A program made the translations under genes and the position numbers. A stretch of DNA of 64,000 nt from Thecamonas trahens ATCC 50062 (Eukaryota > Protista > Apusomonadida). Location: the NCBI RefSeq assembly GCF_000142905.1, contig NW_013657661.1, forward strand, positions 186,001 to 250,000, written 5' to 3'. A model generated the notes under the pieces. The model searched no databases, was not told where the DNA came from, and saw only the letters and a list, made by a program, of their open reading frames with translations. This document shows, in pieces, positions 44,409-55,856 of this stretch. How positions within the stretch are numbered: the first letter of the stretch is position 1; every line of letters begins with the position of its first letter.

Positions 44409-46208
44409 TCAGGCGGTTGCTCCATCTCTGGCTGCGTCGCGAGGAAGAAAGACATCAAAGACAACTCGTACCAGCTTGACCTTGTGGCCTTCCGACTTGG
44501 TTTTGTCCAGGACAGTGACTTGGACCTGGCACTTGTGCGCCCGCCCCAGCTCGTCGGCCTTGAGTACCAGCGGGATGACCTCCGACTCGATGACCGAGTG
44601 CTTCGTCTCGATGTGGCCTTCGATCTCGGTCGTCTCACACCCGCAACCACCCAAGCACTCGATGCGGCCGCGGCCCATGTGTTGGTGTGACGTCAGGTAC
44701 ATGAGCGTCAGCTGGCCCTCCCTCCATTCGTCGTCGGCAAAGTCGCCGGCGTCGACCTCAAACACCACATTGTCACCGGGTTCCATTCCCGCCAGTCCGA
44801 GCTTGTGTTTTGCCGTCTCGTCCACAAACTCAAAGCCCGAATTGTCGACCATGCGCGGCGCCTGCACATAGGGATTGCCGCCCACCTGGGCGATGTCCCA
44901 GTGATAGCATGTGGAGATCTTGCCGCGCATCTCGTTGTCAGTGAGCGTTAGCGGGGTGCAGACCATGCCGACACGACATGTGCGTCTGGGAGCCCATGAG
45001 CTCTCCACCGCGAGCGCCGCACGTGTTGCTCCATCGCCTGCACAAGTAAAAGATCCACAGGTCGCGGAGCATCGCCGTTCCTCGCTCCGCGTTGGGATGG
45101 ACCCCGATGTCGTTCGGCTCGAGCATGTCATCCCACCCAAAGCCATCGGCCTGCTGCGCCACAGCGTGGAAGAATCCGTTGCGGACCGAAATCACAGACG
45201 CTCCGTAGTACTCGGCAATGTCTGCAAACCGATCGTTCGGCACGTATGTCCGCTTCGGCGTCCGCACAGTCTCGGCCGTGTACAGTGGGAGCATGTTGTC
45301 ATAGTTGAACGGCTTGTCCGAGCAAAAGTTGGAGATGCCTTCGATCGAGTTGACGCCGATCGAGCACCAACGAAACATGTGCCACATCACCACATGCGCG
45401 TCGGGCGACCGAGTCGCGAACAGCCGCAGCACGGTCTCGAAGCTCTTCTCGTATTTGTAGATGTTGATGATCGTCGGTTCGAGCACGTACATGTCCATTC
45501 CTCGTAGCACCGTCGACGAGCATCCCGCATACACTTCCACAGTCGCACTTCCGGTCCCCGAGTTGATGATCCGGTGACCATCATGCGGAAAGGCGACACC
45601 AAAGGTCGCTTCAAACGCTTGCTTGAAGTATCCATCTTTCGCCGACCCTGTAGCATCCCATCCCGATACCGCAGCCCCGTACGCCGCCAGGTCGGTCTCG
45701 CTCAGCGCCGTCCGTCCCGCAAAGCTGCCTACTACAGACGAGCCAAGCAGCTGGACCTTGATGGGTTCGCCGCTTACAGCCTTGTCCAGCAGCGCAAGCA
45801 TCTTCGCCGAGCTGCCTGTGTGCGCCATCGCAAGCTCCATCACCTCACGGTCGATGACAGGCTCCCACCCCTCCAGCACCTTTTGAATCCGGGCTGCCAT
45901 GTCGGCCCCAGCCCCACCAGCCCCTGGCTGCCCCGCCCTCTCGGCGCCGCGCGCACGTCGTGGGGAAGGACTTGGGCGGCTTGGGCGGCCTGGAGAGCCC
46001 ACCGCAGGCGCCGCATCAACCGCCCCAAGACCGCTGTGTGCCTTGGTCGCCGCCGTGGTCCCTGCGATGAACCCCGTCGCGCCTTCCGCGGCCTCGCCCC
46101 CCCACTCACCCCCCTCCGCCGCATGAGCCCAGCAGCCAGCAGCGCCCCCACTACCACAAGCGCGACCAGCAGCACGCGCCGCCTCTCCCGCGGATACCTG
46201 CGCGCCAT
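44409..46208 (-). CDS. SGNH hydrolase-like type II membrane protein (copy B, tandem paralog); several frameshifts
   Basis: Highly similar to copy A (DKPFNYDNxLPLYTAETVRT..RTYVPNDRFADIAEYYG). Shifts at ~45044, ~44954 and near the N-terminus. Confidence 0.7.
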
Positions 46209-46388
46209 GGCTCGGCTAACTCTTCAGCAGAGTTAAATGGCTCATTCGCCGCTGAGCAGCAGTGGCGCAGCGTCAGCGGCTGGCGTCTGCTGGTGTCTGC
46301 TGGCAGCCAGCCAACAAACGAACAAGTTCGCCGCTGACCACTGACTCGCGAGCGAACAACCACCCACAACGGCTCAGACTCCACCATC

Positions 46389-49300
46389 ATGACGCGCGTC
46401 GTGGCCATCGCGGCAGCCGCAGCACTGATACTCGGCCTGGTATCTAGCGTCATGGGCTTTGCTGCCTCGCCGGGGCCTTTTCTCCCGCGCATCGACGTTA
46501 CTCTCCCGCCGCCACCGCCACAGGCCGTCGCCTGGCAGGTGCGGGCTGCGCTCGTGAGCCGCACTGTCGCGGGCTCGTCGCCGCCGCAGGCCCTGGGCCA
46601 GCTCTTCCGCACCACCCTCACCGGCGACCTTGACTCGTGGCCGTATGCACCCGAAGATCCCACCCATCTACAGGAGCTCTCGATCTGGGTCAATGCCACC
46701 TCTGGCATGCTCGAGATCTGGACTCTCGCCCTTTTGCCTCACGTCATTGTCTACTTTGATCTCGACTCGAACAAGTCGACCGGCTTTGCCTACCACGGCA
46801 TGCCCATCGGCGCCGACTTTCGCCTCGACATCACCGACGCCGGCGCCACAGCCTCGCTCTTCAACCCGGACTATCTGAGATCAACAGGGACGCCGACCTC
46901 AGCCGCCGCCTTTCCGCCCACCGGCGACAGCCTGTTTCCCGTCGCCGTCTCCGAGCTCGCGCCGGGCGTTGTGGCGCTCCACACTGAACTCCCGCTCGCC
47001 CTCCTCTATGGCTACATCCCGCCCGCCTCGCCGCGCGCTGCCCTCCCGCTCGCTCTCTACGCGGCAGCTCCGGCCTTTGACCTTGTCGCCACTCTGACCT
47101 TTGACACCCTCCCCACCCCGGGCTACGACGTCTCGTCGCCGATGTACATCTCGTTCGGGCCGGGCAGGACTGCCCGCCTGCCTGCCTCGCCGCCACCGCC
47201 GTCCCCGCTGCAACTCGGCGTCCCCGAGCTGCAGCTTGTCAACGATGCCAGCTACGCCCTCGTTCTGCTGTGGGAGGACGCCGGTGGCAACCTCGCCCTT
47301 TACGACCCGCTCGCCGAGCCGCTGGTGGTTACCCTGCCCCGAGCTCATGTCCGGACAGAAGTCACGCCGTTGGGCCAACTTTGTTTCGCGTCGTTCTGAG
47401 CCTCCCGCCGGTCATCCCCGCAGGAGCCTCGCTCATCGTCCTTCGCTCAGACGCCAACTACGTTCTCTCGCCGCACGACCGCAGCCCGGGCAGCGTCGCC
47501 GTCATCCTCTCGTCGGCGATGGGCGAGGCCGATGGCGGGCGAACCATCGAGCACCTCGACAATGACCCATTGCTCGCCCCCATCACGCCGTACTACTACA
47601 CCGCGTACATTGTGACCGCGTCCGGCGACTACGTCGCCTCCAACTACGTCGCCCGCGACCGGTCCATCGGCTCGATCGTCCGCGGCCCCATCCCGGGCAT
47701 ATCGCCAGACTCGGACTACCTCGTCTTCTTCTCAGCCTGGACCGAAGACAACATTCGGACCGCGGAAAAGTACGACCTCGTCATCTGCCACCCAGGTGGT
47801 GGCTCGGCGCTCATCACCGCCGCCCAGGTCCGCGACATCCGTGACGGGCCCGACAACATCCTCGGCAACGCCGACGACACCATTGTCATCGGCTACATCT
47901 CGGTCGGGGAAGATTACGGCGAGCGCGGCGATGGATCCGGGATCAACAACCCGCGCAACACCTCGCTCCGCGCCGGCCTTAACACCGGCACCGGCCCGCT
48001 CACCTACGACTACACCACCGGTGAAGCGGTGTACACCAACAATGGCTATCCCTCGTTCTACGTCGACATGGTCGGCTCGTACTCGGATGCCGGCGGCTCG
48101 TTCATCGACTTTATCCCCGATGGCAAGCCCGACCAGAACACCGAGTGGGGCGGGCTGTACGTCAATCCAGGCGATCCGCTATGGTTCACCTTTCTCAAGG
48201 AGGCCTCGTACGTCTCGGTCGGCACCGCCGGACTCGACTACATCCTTGCCGAGCTCGGCATGGACGGCCTCTTCCTCGACACGCTCGGCGTCACTGCCCC
48301 ATGGTCGTTCTGGCAGCCACCGTCCACAACGTCCGACTACTACTGGCTCCGCCACGGCGGCCTCGATCTCATTGCCCGCCTCGCCTACGAGTACCCGGAC
48401 GCGGTGCTCATCGGTAACCGCCCGCTCCACTTTGCCTTTCCCGAGTTTGCCGGCTCGCGCTACGACGACTTTCGTTCGTACCTCAACGGCGTCTACTGGG
48501 AGTCGTGGGCCGCCGACATGAACTTTTGGTGGTCCGAGGCCTCGGGCCGCGTCTTCAATGACCAACTCGTTGCTGCCCAGGACAACGCCGATGGCCGTGG
48601 TTTTACAACCCTCGTCCTCGACTACTGGGCCGTCATGTTTGCCGCCCGTGAGTCGGGCGAGGCCCAGGGCGCACCCTGGTACGAGACGCCGCTGGAGTAC
48701 GTCGCTGCCACCGAGTCGCTCGATTTCCCCACCCACATTGCGCCCTCGCGCTCGCTCGCTGAAATCGACGACGTTGTCTACAACATCCACCATCCCGAGG
48801 TCTACGGTGGCGCTCCGGACATTGCCGTTGTCTCGATCATCCCCGTCTTTCAGCGCTCGCTTGCCGACGCCGCCTCCGAGCCCATCCCGCACGCCACCCT
48901 CGTCAACGTCACCCTTGTCAACCGCGGCACGCCGCCGGCATCTCCGGCCGATCCGTTCAAGGGTACGCTCACTGTAGTCCACAACGGAGTCGAGCACTCA
49001 CAGCACCAGGTCGCCTTTACCAGCGGCTACTATCTGCCTGGTTCGCGCGTTGTGGTCCAGGTCTCCATCCCACTCAACACCACCGGTGCTGTCATCGGCA
49101 ACCACGTGTTTGTCGACGTGGTGCTTGATGCCTCGGCACCGGCTGAGCATGCCACCGCCAACAACCACGAAGACGTCCTGCTCGAGTCGTTCTTTTACGT
49201 CGTTCCGTCGCACGTGTACAGGCATGATCCGCCGCCAGACTTTGCTGTTGCGGGCCTCGCCATCGATCCGCCCGAGCCGGCCACCGGGAGCCGTTTGATC

Positions 49301-52300
49301 TCATCATCACCATCGCTAATGTGGGAGGTGGCATCGGGCAGTCGTCGCGTGCCTTTGTCTGGTCGTCGTTTGCTCTCGCGCAGGTAGGCAACATCGAGAC
49401 GCCGTTCCTCCTTCCGGGCACACAAACATCCGTTGCCTTCACACATCCGCCCATTCCGCGGGCCGGCGAGTTCTCGCTCGCCGTTACCCTTGATGCCGTT
49501 CTCGCCGTCCCCGAGGCTGATGAGACCAACAACGAGGCGAGCCTGGCCCAGGTTGTTGTTGTCCAGCCGCCGACCCGCCTGGCACTCCCGGTGCCGGCGC
49601 TGACCACGACGGCGTCGGCCGCGACAAGCGTCTCGCATCTGCCGGCCGTTCTCGACTCTAACGCCGTCGACATTGTGGTTTTTCCGCTGCAGCCTCCACC
49701 GATCGCTCGCGCTTTTGGTCTCGCTCACGACAGCGTCTGCAGAAGCGCTCGACGCAGCTGACTTCTTCTTGTTTATCAACGCCGATGATGACGTGGCCAC
49801 TGGGTACCTCAGCGGGTTTGACTTTCTCGTGCTCAACAGAAAGCTCTTCCGCCACGACTCGGCAGCAGGTCCCGGATGGGGCTGGATCAATGTCGACATT
49901 GCTCCCCATGACACGTCGGTCGAGCTCACGCTCGCATACCGCGACTCGTCTCGCCGCGCCCTGGATCTGGTGATCTCGACCTCGCTCCTGTTTGATGACC
50001 ATCCGCTTGTCCTCTACGTCTACGCAACTCTCTCGCCACATACCCTTGCCGGCGATGGAATTCCAGACAGTTCGCCGTCAGATGTGACGAGCGGCGGGCG
50101 CGGACTTCCGCTGCGTCTCGGCTCGCCGTCGGCCTCGTCACTTCACAGTGGGTTTTCCGCAGCCCATGTTGCCGCTGTCTCGTCCGATGGCCGCGCCGCG
50201 CTGCTGGTCGACACGTCACCCACCAAGGTCTTTCTTCGGTACGACTCGGTCGCCACTGCAGGTGTCCTCCTTAACGTCATGTCAGACCTCGCTGTAGTCC
50301 TCGCATCCAGCGGACCAACGCCGGGTGTTGCGGTCTTTGACGGACAAATATGGATCTACGCCGGGGTCAACGGAAGTGATGCGACGACGGCATCGCCACC
50401 AGGCATCCGTGCCGCCCTTGGCATCGACCACAGCTGGCCGATGTGGAGAACAGGGCCAGCCGACGCCGTCACCATTGCCCAGTCGTACGCCACGGGCATC
50501 CTAGAGCTGGCGCTTGACGCGAGCGCAGTAGCCGATGCCGGCCTGTCGCTCCCGCCGACAGAGGCCGCGCCGCTCCTTGCCAAGATGGTGTTTGAGGCCG
50601 GTGCTCGGAACGCCGCGGATGCGGCCTGGCTCCCGGGACAATCAGCGCCTACAGGCAGCTCGGCCTTTGCTGCGATTCCCAACTGCGTTGATGGCCTGCG
50701 TGGGCCGGGCGAAGCCGGGCCCGACTGCGGCGGAGGCTGCCGCGCCCAGTGCGAGTACGCACTCGACTGTTTCAACGGCCTCCATGATGCCAGCGAGGAG
50801 GCCATCGACTGCGGAGGTATTTGCGGTTGGCCGTGTGTTCCCGCAGCTCCAGGATATCCAGACTGGGATGCTGCACCACGTCCGCCCGCTGCGGTGGCGC
50901 GGTACACGTTTGAGCGCACACCCGGCGTCGATGCCGGAGGTGACGTCACCTCGGCCACGCTGTCGCTTGGCAAGCACGCGGCGGTGGTCCGGCTGCGTGC
51001 CGATGGGGCCGACGCTGACTATCTGCTGCGACCGACGGCGTACGGAGGAACCGTGATTGTCTTTGTTGGGCTGGTCGGCGTCGACGGCTTCTCCACCGTT
51101 GGCGGGCCGGGCTTTGCCGCCACCATGGCCTTTATCAACTCAGAGCCGTTCTTCTACGATGGCTCGGGCACCGAGTGGGCGTGGACACGAGTCGCGGACA
51201 GTGAGCAGATCTCGCGGGCGGTCCTCGCCCCGATATCGGCTGGCGTCGACTTTATTATTTCGCGCCGCGATCTCAGCCGTGCTGCGGCTGAGCAAGGCGT
51301 CCTTGCCGACGAGCTGGTGGTTCATGTTGCCATCACCACATCGGGCGGCGAAAAGGCCGTTCCTGACGCCACCTCGTTCATGAGTATGAATCTGGCACCG
51401 CCACCAGTTGCTGCACCGCCGCCTCCCCCGGCACCTCCGGCACCACCGGCGCCGGTGCCTTCACCGCCGCCACCTCCAGCACCTCCAGCACCTCCAGCAC
51501 CACCGCCGCTGCCATCGCCGCCGCCGCCGTCGCCGCCACCATCACCACCGCCGCCACCCCCATCGCCGCAGCCGCCACCGCCACCGCCATCGCCACCGCC
51601 GCCTCCATCACCACCGCCACCGCCGCCGTCACCACCGCCACCCGCCCCTCCGCTGGAGCAAGAGCTGGGCGTAGTGGTGGACGGTAGCGATGCCGAGTGG
51701 TCCGCGTTTTACCATCGCGACGTGGCCGACTCTCTCAGCGACGGCCTCAGCACGTTTTCTTCGGCATGGACAGCAATCGAAGCGCCCGGGCATGACTATG
51801 CGCGGCTCCGTTACACGTCGTCGCGGACATCGACGGCGGCTTTGCTCACGACTCACGGCCCGCGTGTGGCTGGCGGCTTTTCCGGAGCGCACGAGAGCAT
51901 ATTCTTTGCGCCTGGGGCGCCAACTGTGCCTTCAGCGGGCTATGAGGTGGTGCCGGGCGTGTATGCGGTGGCACTCATCTACGATGGTGTTGGATATGTG
52001 TACGATGGGCTCGACCGGTCGTCCGAGTGGAAGTGGCGTCGGTTGGCTGCCTCGATGTACGCCCACGCGCAGTCGGAGTTCCACACTGAGGTCTCTATTG
52101 CGCACCTAGTCTGGTCTGGAGTTATTCCGGCGGCAACGCACATGGAGATTTACGCCGAGCTGCGGTCGGATCGCGGGACGATTGGCAACCTGTATGACGA
52201 TGTCAAGGACCGTGTGCCTGATGTTGGGCCACTGCCACCGCCATCACCACCGACAAGCCCTCCGCCGACCTCGCCGCCCGATATCGTCACGCCAGTAGTG

Positions 52301-54771
52301 CGGCTCGGCATCGATGGCAACGCTGGCGACTGGGCGCCGCTCATGTCGGGCAGCCCAGCGCCGCCAGTTCAAGTTGCTGTTGCTCATGACGTGGTTGGCG
52401 ACCTGCAGCCGGCGCTGGGTCCATCGGCAGCTCGGCACTTTGCGAGCCGTGTCGCTGATCCACGCGACGATCTGCGCGAGGTCCTTGCAGCATCAGACGA
52501 CTCTGTTGTGGCCGTCTTTGCCTCGACGCACGCGGCGACCGGAACCGTGCCGTCGTCGACATCCAGGTTCCAGATCTTTTTTGCCAGCCGTGGCAGCCCA
52601 CGGGCAGGATACGCGCTCTCAGACGGCTACGTTGCTCTTGCGCTCATCGACCGTGGCATCGGATACGTTTACTCGGGCGCGAGTGTGTCGAGTGTTTGGT
52701 CGTGGATGCCGCTGCAGGACCCGTCGCTGCTGTTTTCGTTTGTCTCGCGCGGCAACGGGCTGGAGGCGTTTATGACTCGACGGGTCTGGTCGCACCTTCT
52801 TGTTGCTGGCGATGAGAGCGTCGAGCCTGTTGTCGGTCTCGTTGACGATGCCACTGGCCTGGCTGACTATGCACCAGACCTGAACGGGCTTGGGTATGGT
52901 GGGCCGCCGCCACCGGTAGAAGCGTCACCGCCGCCGCCACTTGTTTCCCCGCCGCCGCCGTTGGGCGGTACTGACGAAGCGCCGGGACGCGGCACAGACG
53001 CAAGCGATGACGAGTGGCTGCCACACGCCAGCGCGATCAGTGTCGCCGCTCTCGTTCTTGTTCTCCTGGCATGTCTTGCGCTGGCTGGCATGGTATGTTA
53101 CGCTCGGCGCGGAGCCCGTGCAGACCGTGCGATCCAGAGTGCTGCGACCGCTAGTGTGTCCACAGATGCACGCAAGGACGAGACGCTAATGCGGACACCG
53201 ACACAGGAAGCACCTAACATTTCCCTGCATCCTGCCTCTAGCAGCGAGAGTGCGGCGGGCGATGGCGGTAGCACGATTGAGGCGAATGGTAAGAGCAACG
53301 ATGTCGATAACAGTGACGAGTCACTTGCCGACGCGGCGCGGTCAAGCTCGTCGTTCTCGCACTCGTCGGCGTCAAGTGAACGGCCTGAGGTGGCTGTGCC
53401 CCTCGGCAGTGGATCTCTTCCATCGATGACCGACTCAGAGCGGCGGAGCGAGCCGACGCGGCAGCCACCAGTCTTGGATGCGACGGCGGACAAAGAGGCC
53501 GCCACGGCGGATGGGCCCGCGAGACTGAGGCGCCGTCGCCTGCGGTGGCTCGCTGCATGACCTCCAGTCTCAGCTCGTCGCGGATGGGCTCGGAAGCTCG
53601 TCTTGCCGAGCGGCTTTCTGCGCTGCGGTCGATCTCAGCCAAGTTTACGCCGGACATGCTGTGGAGCGCACCGGCTAGCAGCGATAGAGCTCAAGCAGGC
53701 AGCGGCGAGCGGTCGCTGGCCGCGCTGCGTCGCGAGCGATTGGGCAGGACTAGCGGGCGGGCGCACACCAGCTCGAGCGCTGCCATGGCGCAGGCGGCGG
53801 TGTCCGCTGGTGCGGGCCACAGCGCGAGCAGCAGCATGCAGCGGTCGAACACGACGACCTTTGGGCCGGCCAGAAAGCCCCCGGCTGCAGCTGTGGGCCG
53901 GGTCAAGTCGGTTGCTTTCGTCCTGCCGGGCGAGCCGAAACCCGTGCGCCAGTCATCGCCGCTTGCACAGGGAGCCGCGCCGCGAGCAGCTGCTGTGCTG
54001 AGCAGACCTGACGGAGCCAAGTTTGGCCGAGCCCAGTCTGTAGCATTTGCCGAGGCCGCCGCTCCCCACAGTATGCGGACGTTCTCGAGCGTGGCAGACG
54101 TGGCTAGCGCCAGGGGCACAACGCGTCTTCGCCCGATGCAGTTTGATCCACCTGCGCCTGTAGCCCACCACGGGCTTGGCATCTCCTCGGACAGTGATAC
54201 GTTTGGAGAGTCGGACGAGACGGAGGCGAACGGCGAAGCAGATTCTGCTGCTGCTGTGGAGTCCGACAGCGAGCTCGCTTTGTCGTCTGCAGACATCAGT
54301 GTCTCCAGCGCTGTTGAGCACAATGGTGACGGGTTCGATATCCCCGACGTCCCCGACGTCCGCGACGTCCCCGATGACCCCGACGTCCCTGACGTCTTTG
54401 ATGATGACTCGCATCTGCCGATCCAGACGGACTCGATGGATGAGGCAATGCCTGAGGTCGGAAACGACAGTCCTAGTGACGACGACAATCCTAGTGACGA
54501 CGACAATCCTAGTGACGACAACAATCCTAACGGCGACAACAATCCTAACGGCGACAACAATCCTAACGGCGACGATGAGGTGAGTGACGTCGGCGACACT
54601 GGCGACGTCGGCGACACTAGCGACGTCGACGACTCTGCGCCCCCTCCTGACTTTGCGATGCTCGAGGAGAACGGTACAACCGACACGCCTGGACTGCCTG
54701 CACACCCGATTGACGACGACACGAGCAGCATGAGCGAAGCGAGTAGGGCTGATGCCAAGTCGGCTATATAA
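46389..54771 (+). CDS. Giant type I membrane protein: GH114/PelA-like hydrolase domain, CARDB-like domains, Cys repeats, Pro-rich linkers, TM, acidic tail (frameshifts ~47380, ~49287, ~49680-49716, ~53518)
   Basis: Signal peptide; YDLVICHP, IGYISVGED, GMDGLFLDT and IGNR motifs; VPEADETNN (CARDB); DCGGxC repeats; TM at ~53030-53105. Consecutive overlapping ORFs are joined by single-base additions. The extension beyond 53560 is less certain. Confidence 0.65.
51395..51652. repeat. Pro-rich (SPPPP) coding repeat
   Basis: ccg/cca/tcg triplet arrays encoding an extensin-like linker. Confidence 0.9.
54466..54576. repeat. 18-bp coding tandem repeat (DDNPSD/DNNPNG), ~6 copies
   Basis: gacgacaatcctagtgac units grading into aacaatcctaacggcgac units. 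Confidence 0.9.
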
Positions 54772-54938
54772 AGCCCCTCCCCCCTCCCCCCTCCCTCCTT
54801 CGCCAAATGTTCCATTCGCCGAGTAGCTTGTTCCTCTGACCTCACCTGCGCTGCTGTACCACCACAAAACGTTGCACACCACCAGCACCAGCACCACCGC
54901 GCACCGACTCCACTCCACCCGTCTGTACCACCCGTAGC

Positions 54939-55826
54939 ATGGACCTTGTCCAGTTTGTCGCCCCGTGGGCTTGGGCGTGCAGCGCAGCGGCGTTCTTCGG
55001 CGCCGTCTACCTCGTCTCGCGCATCCGGGTTGTGCCGCGGACGCAGATTCTGGTCGTGGAGCACATGGGCAACGTGACACGGACGCTGAGCAACACCATC
55101 GCGTTTCTCTGGCCGTTGGAGCGCGAGCGTGAGTTCTGGTGGTCGTGGGACGGGACGCAACCGTCACGGCGGGTGGCGCTGCCGCTGACGGAGCAGTCGC
55201 TGGACCCGCCGTCACTCGAGGTCCGGGCCCGCTCGTACCCGTGCGAGGTCGACATTCTCGTGCGGTACCGCATCACGGACGCTGCACGGGCGGCAGAGAC
55301 GTCGGACGACCCGCTGCGGGCAACAATGGTGACGATTACCTCGCGGCTCCGCGAGGCCTGCTCTCAGAGGTCGTGGTCCGAGATCGACAAGTCGCGGGCC
55401 TCGCTCGCTGCCGAGCTGGTCGAATCGCTCAACACCATCACCGAGGCGCGCTACGGCATCACCATTTCAGAGGTGGTCATCGAGGGCGTGAGCGTCAATA
55501 AGGCCGTGGCCAAATCGTTCCAGGCTCAGTTCCAGAAGGATGCCGAGCTTGAGGCCGAGATGCGCAACACGCAGCGCCGCCGCGAGCTCGCGCTGTACGA
55601 GGAGGAGACCAAGACCCGACTGCAGGAGGCCGAGCTTGAGCGAGCACGGAGCCGCAACGTCCTCGAGGCCGAGAAGCTCCGTGTGCTCGCTGATGCGGGC
55701 GTCGATCTCTCTACATACTTTATGGCGCAGTCGTACGCCAAGCTTGCCGAGGCTGTTGCTGCCGGGCAGGTCCACACGCTGGTGCTGGGAGCCAACGGGC
55801 TCCCGCACCTGGCGCCGAACCAGTAA
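54939..55826 (+). CDS. SPFH/band-7 (stomatin/prohibitin-like) protein
   Basis: N-terminal TM, RIRVVP...VVEHMG, VDILVRYRITD, YGITISEVVIE, coiled coil. Confidence 0.85.
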   Translation: MDLVQFVAPWAWACSAAAFFGAVYLVSRIRVVPRTQILVVEHMGNVTRTLSNTIAFLWPLEREREFWWSWDGTQPSRRVALPLTEQSLDPPSLEVRARSYPCEVDILVRYRITDAARAAETSDDPLRATMVTITSRLREACSQRSWSEIDKSRASLAAELVESLNTITEARYGITISEVVIEGVSVNKAVAKSFQAQFQKDAELEAEMRNTQRRRELALYEEETKTRLQEAELERARSRNVLEAEKLRVLADAGVDLSTYFMAQSYAKLAEAVAAGQVHTLVLGANGLPHLAPNQ

Positions 55827-55856
55827 CCGTAAACCTTGGTCGAAAAGAGACGGCTG

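Noticed and set aside
53557-53560. Prokaryote-style ATGA translational coupling
   Set aside because: More simply explained by one more missing-base frameshift ~40 nt upstream in a eukaryotic gene.
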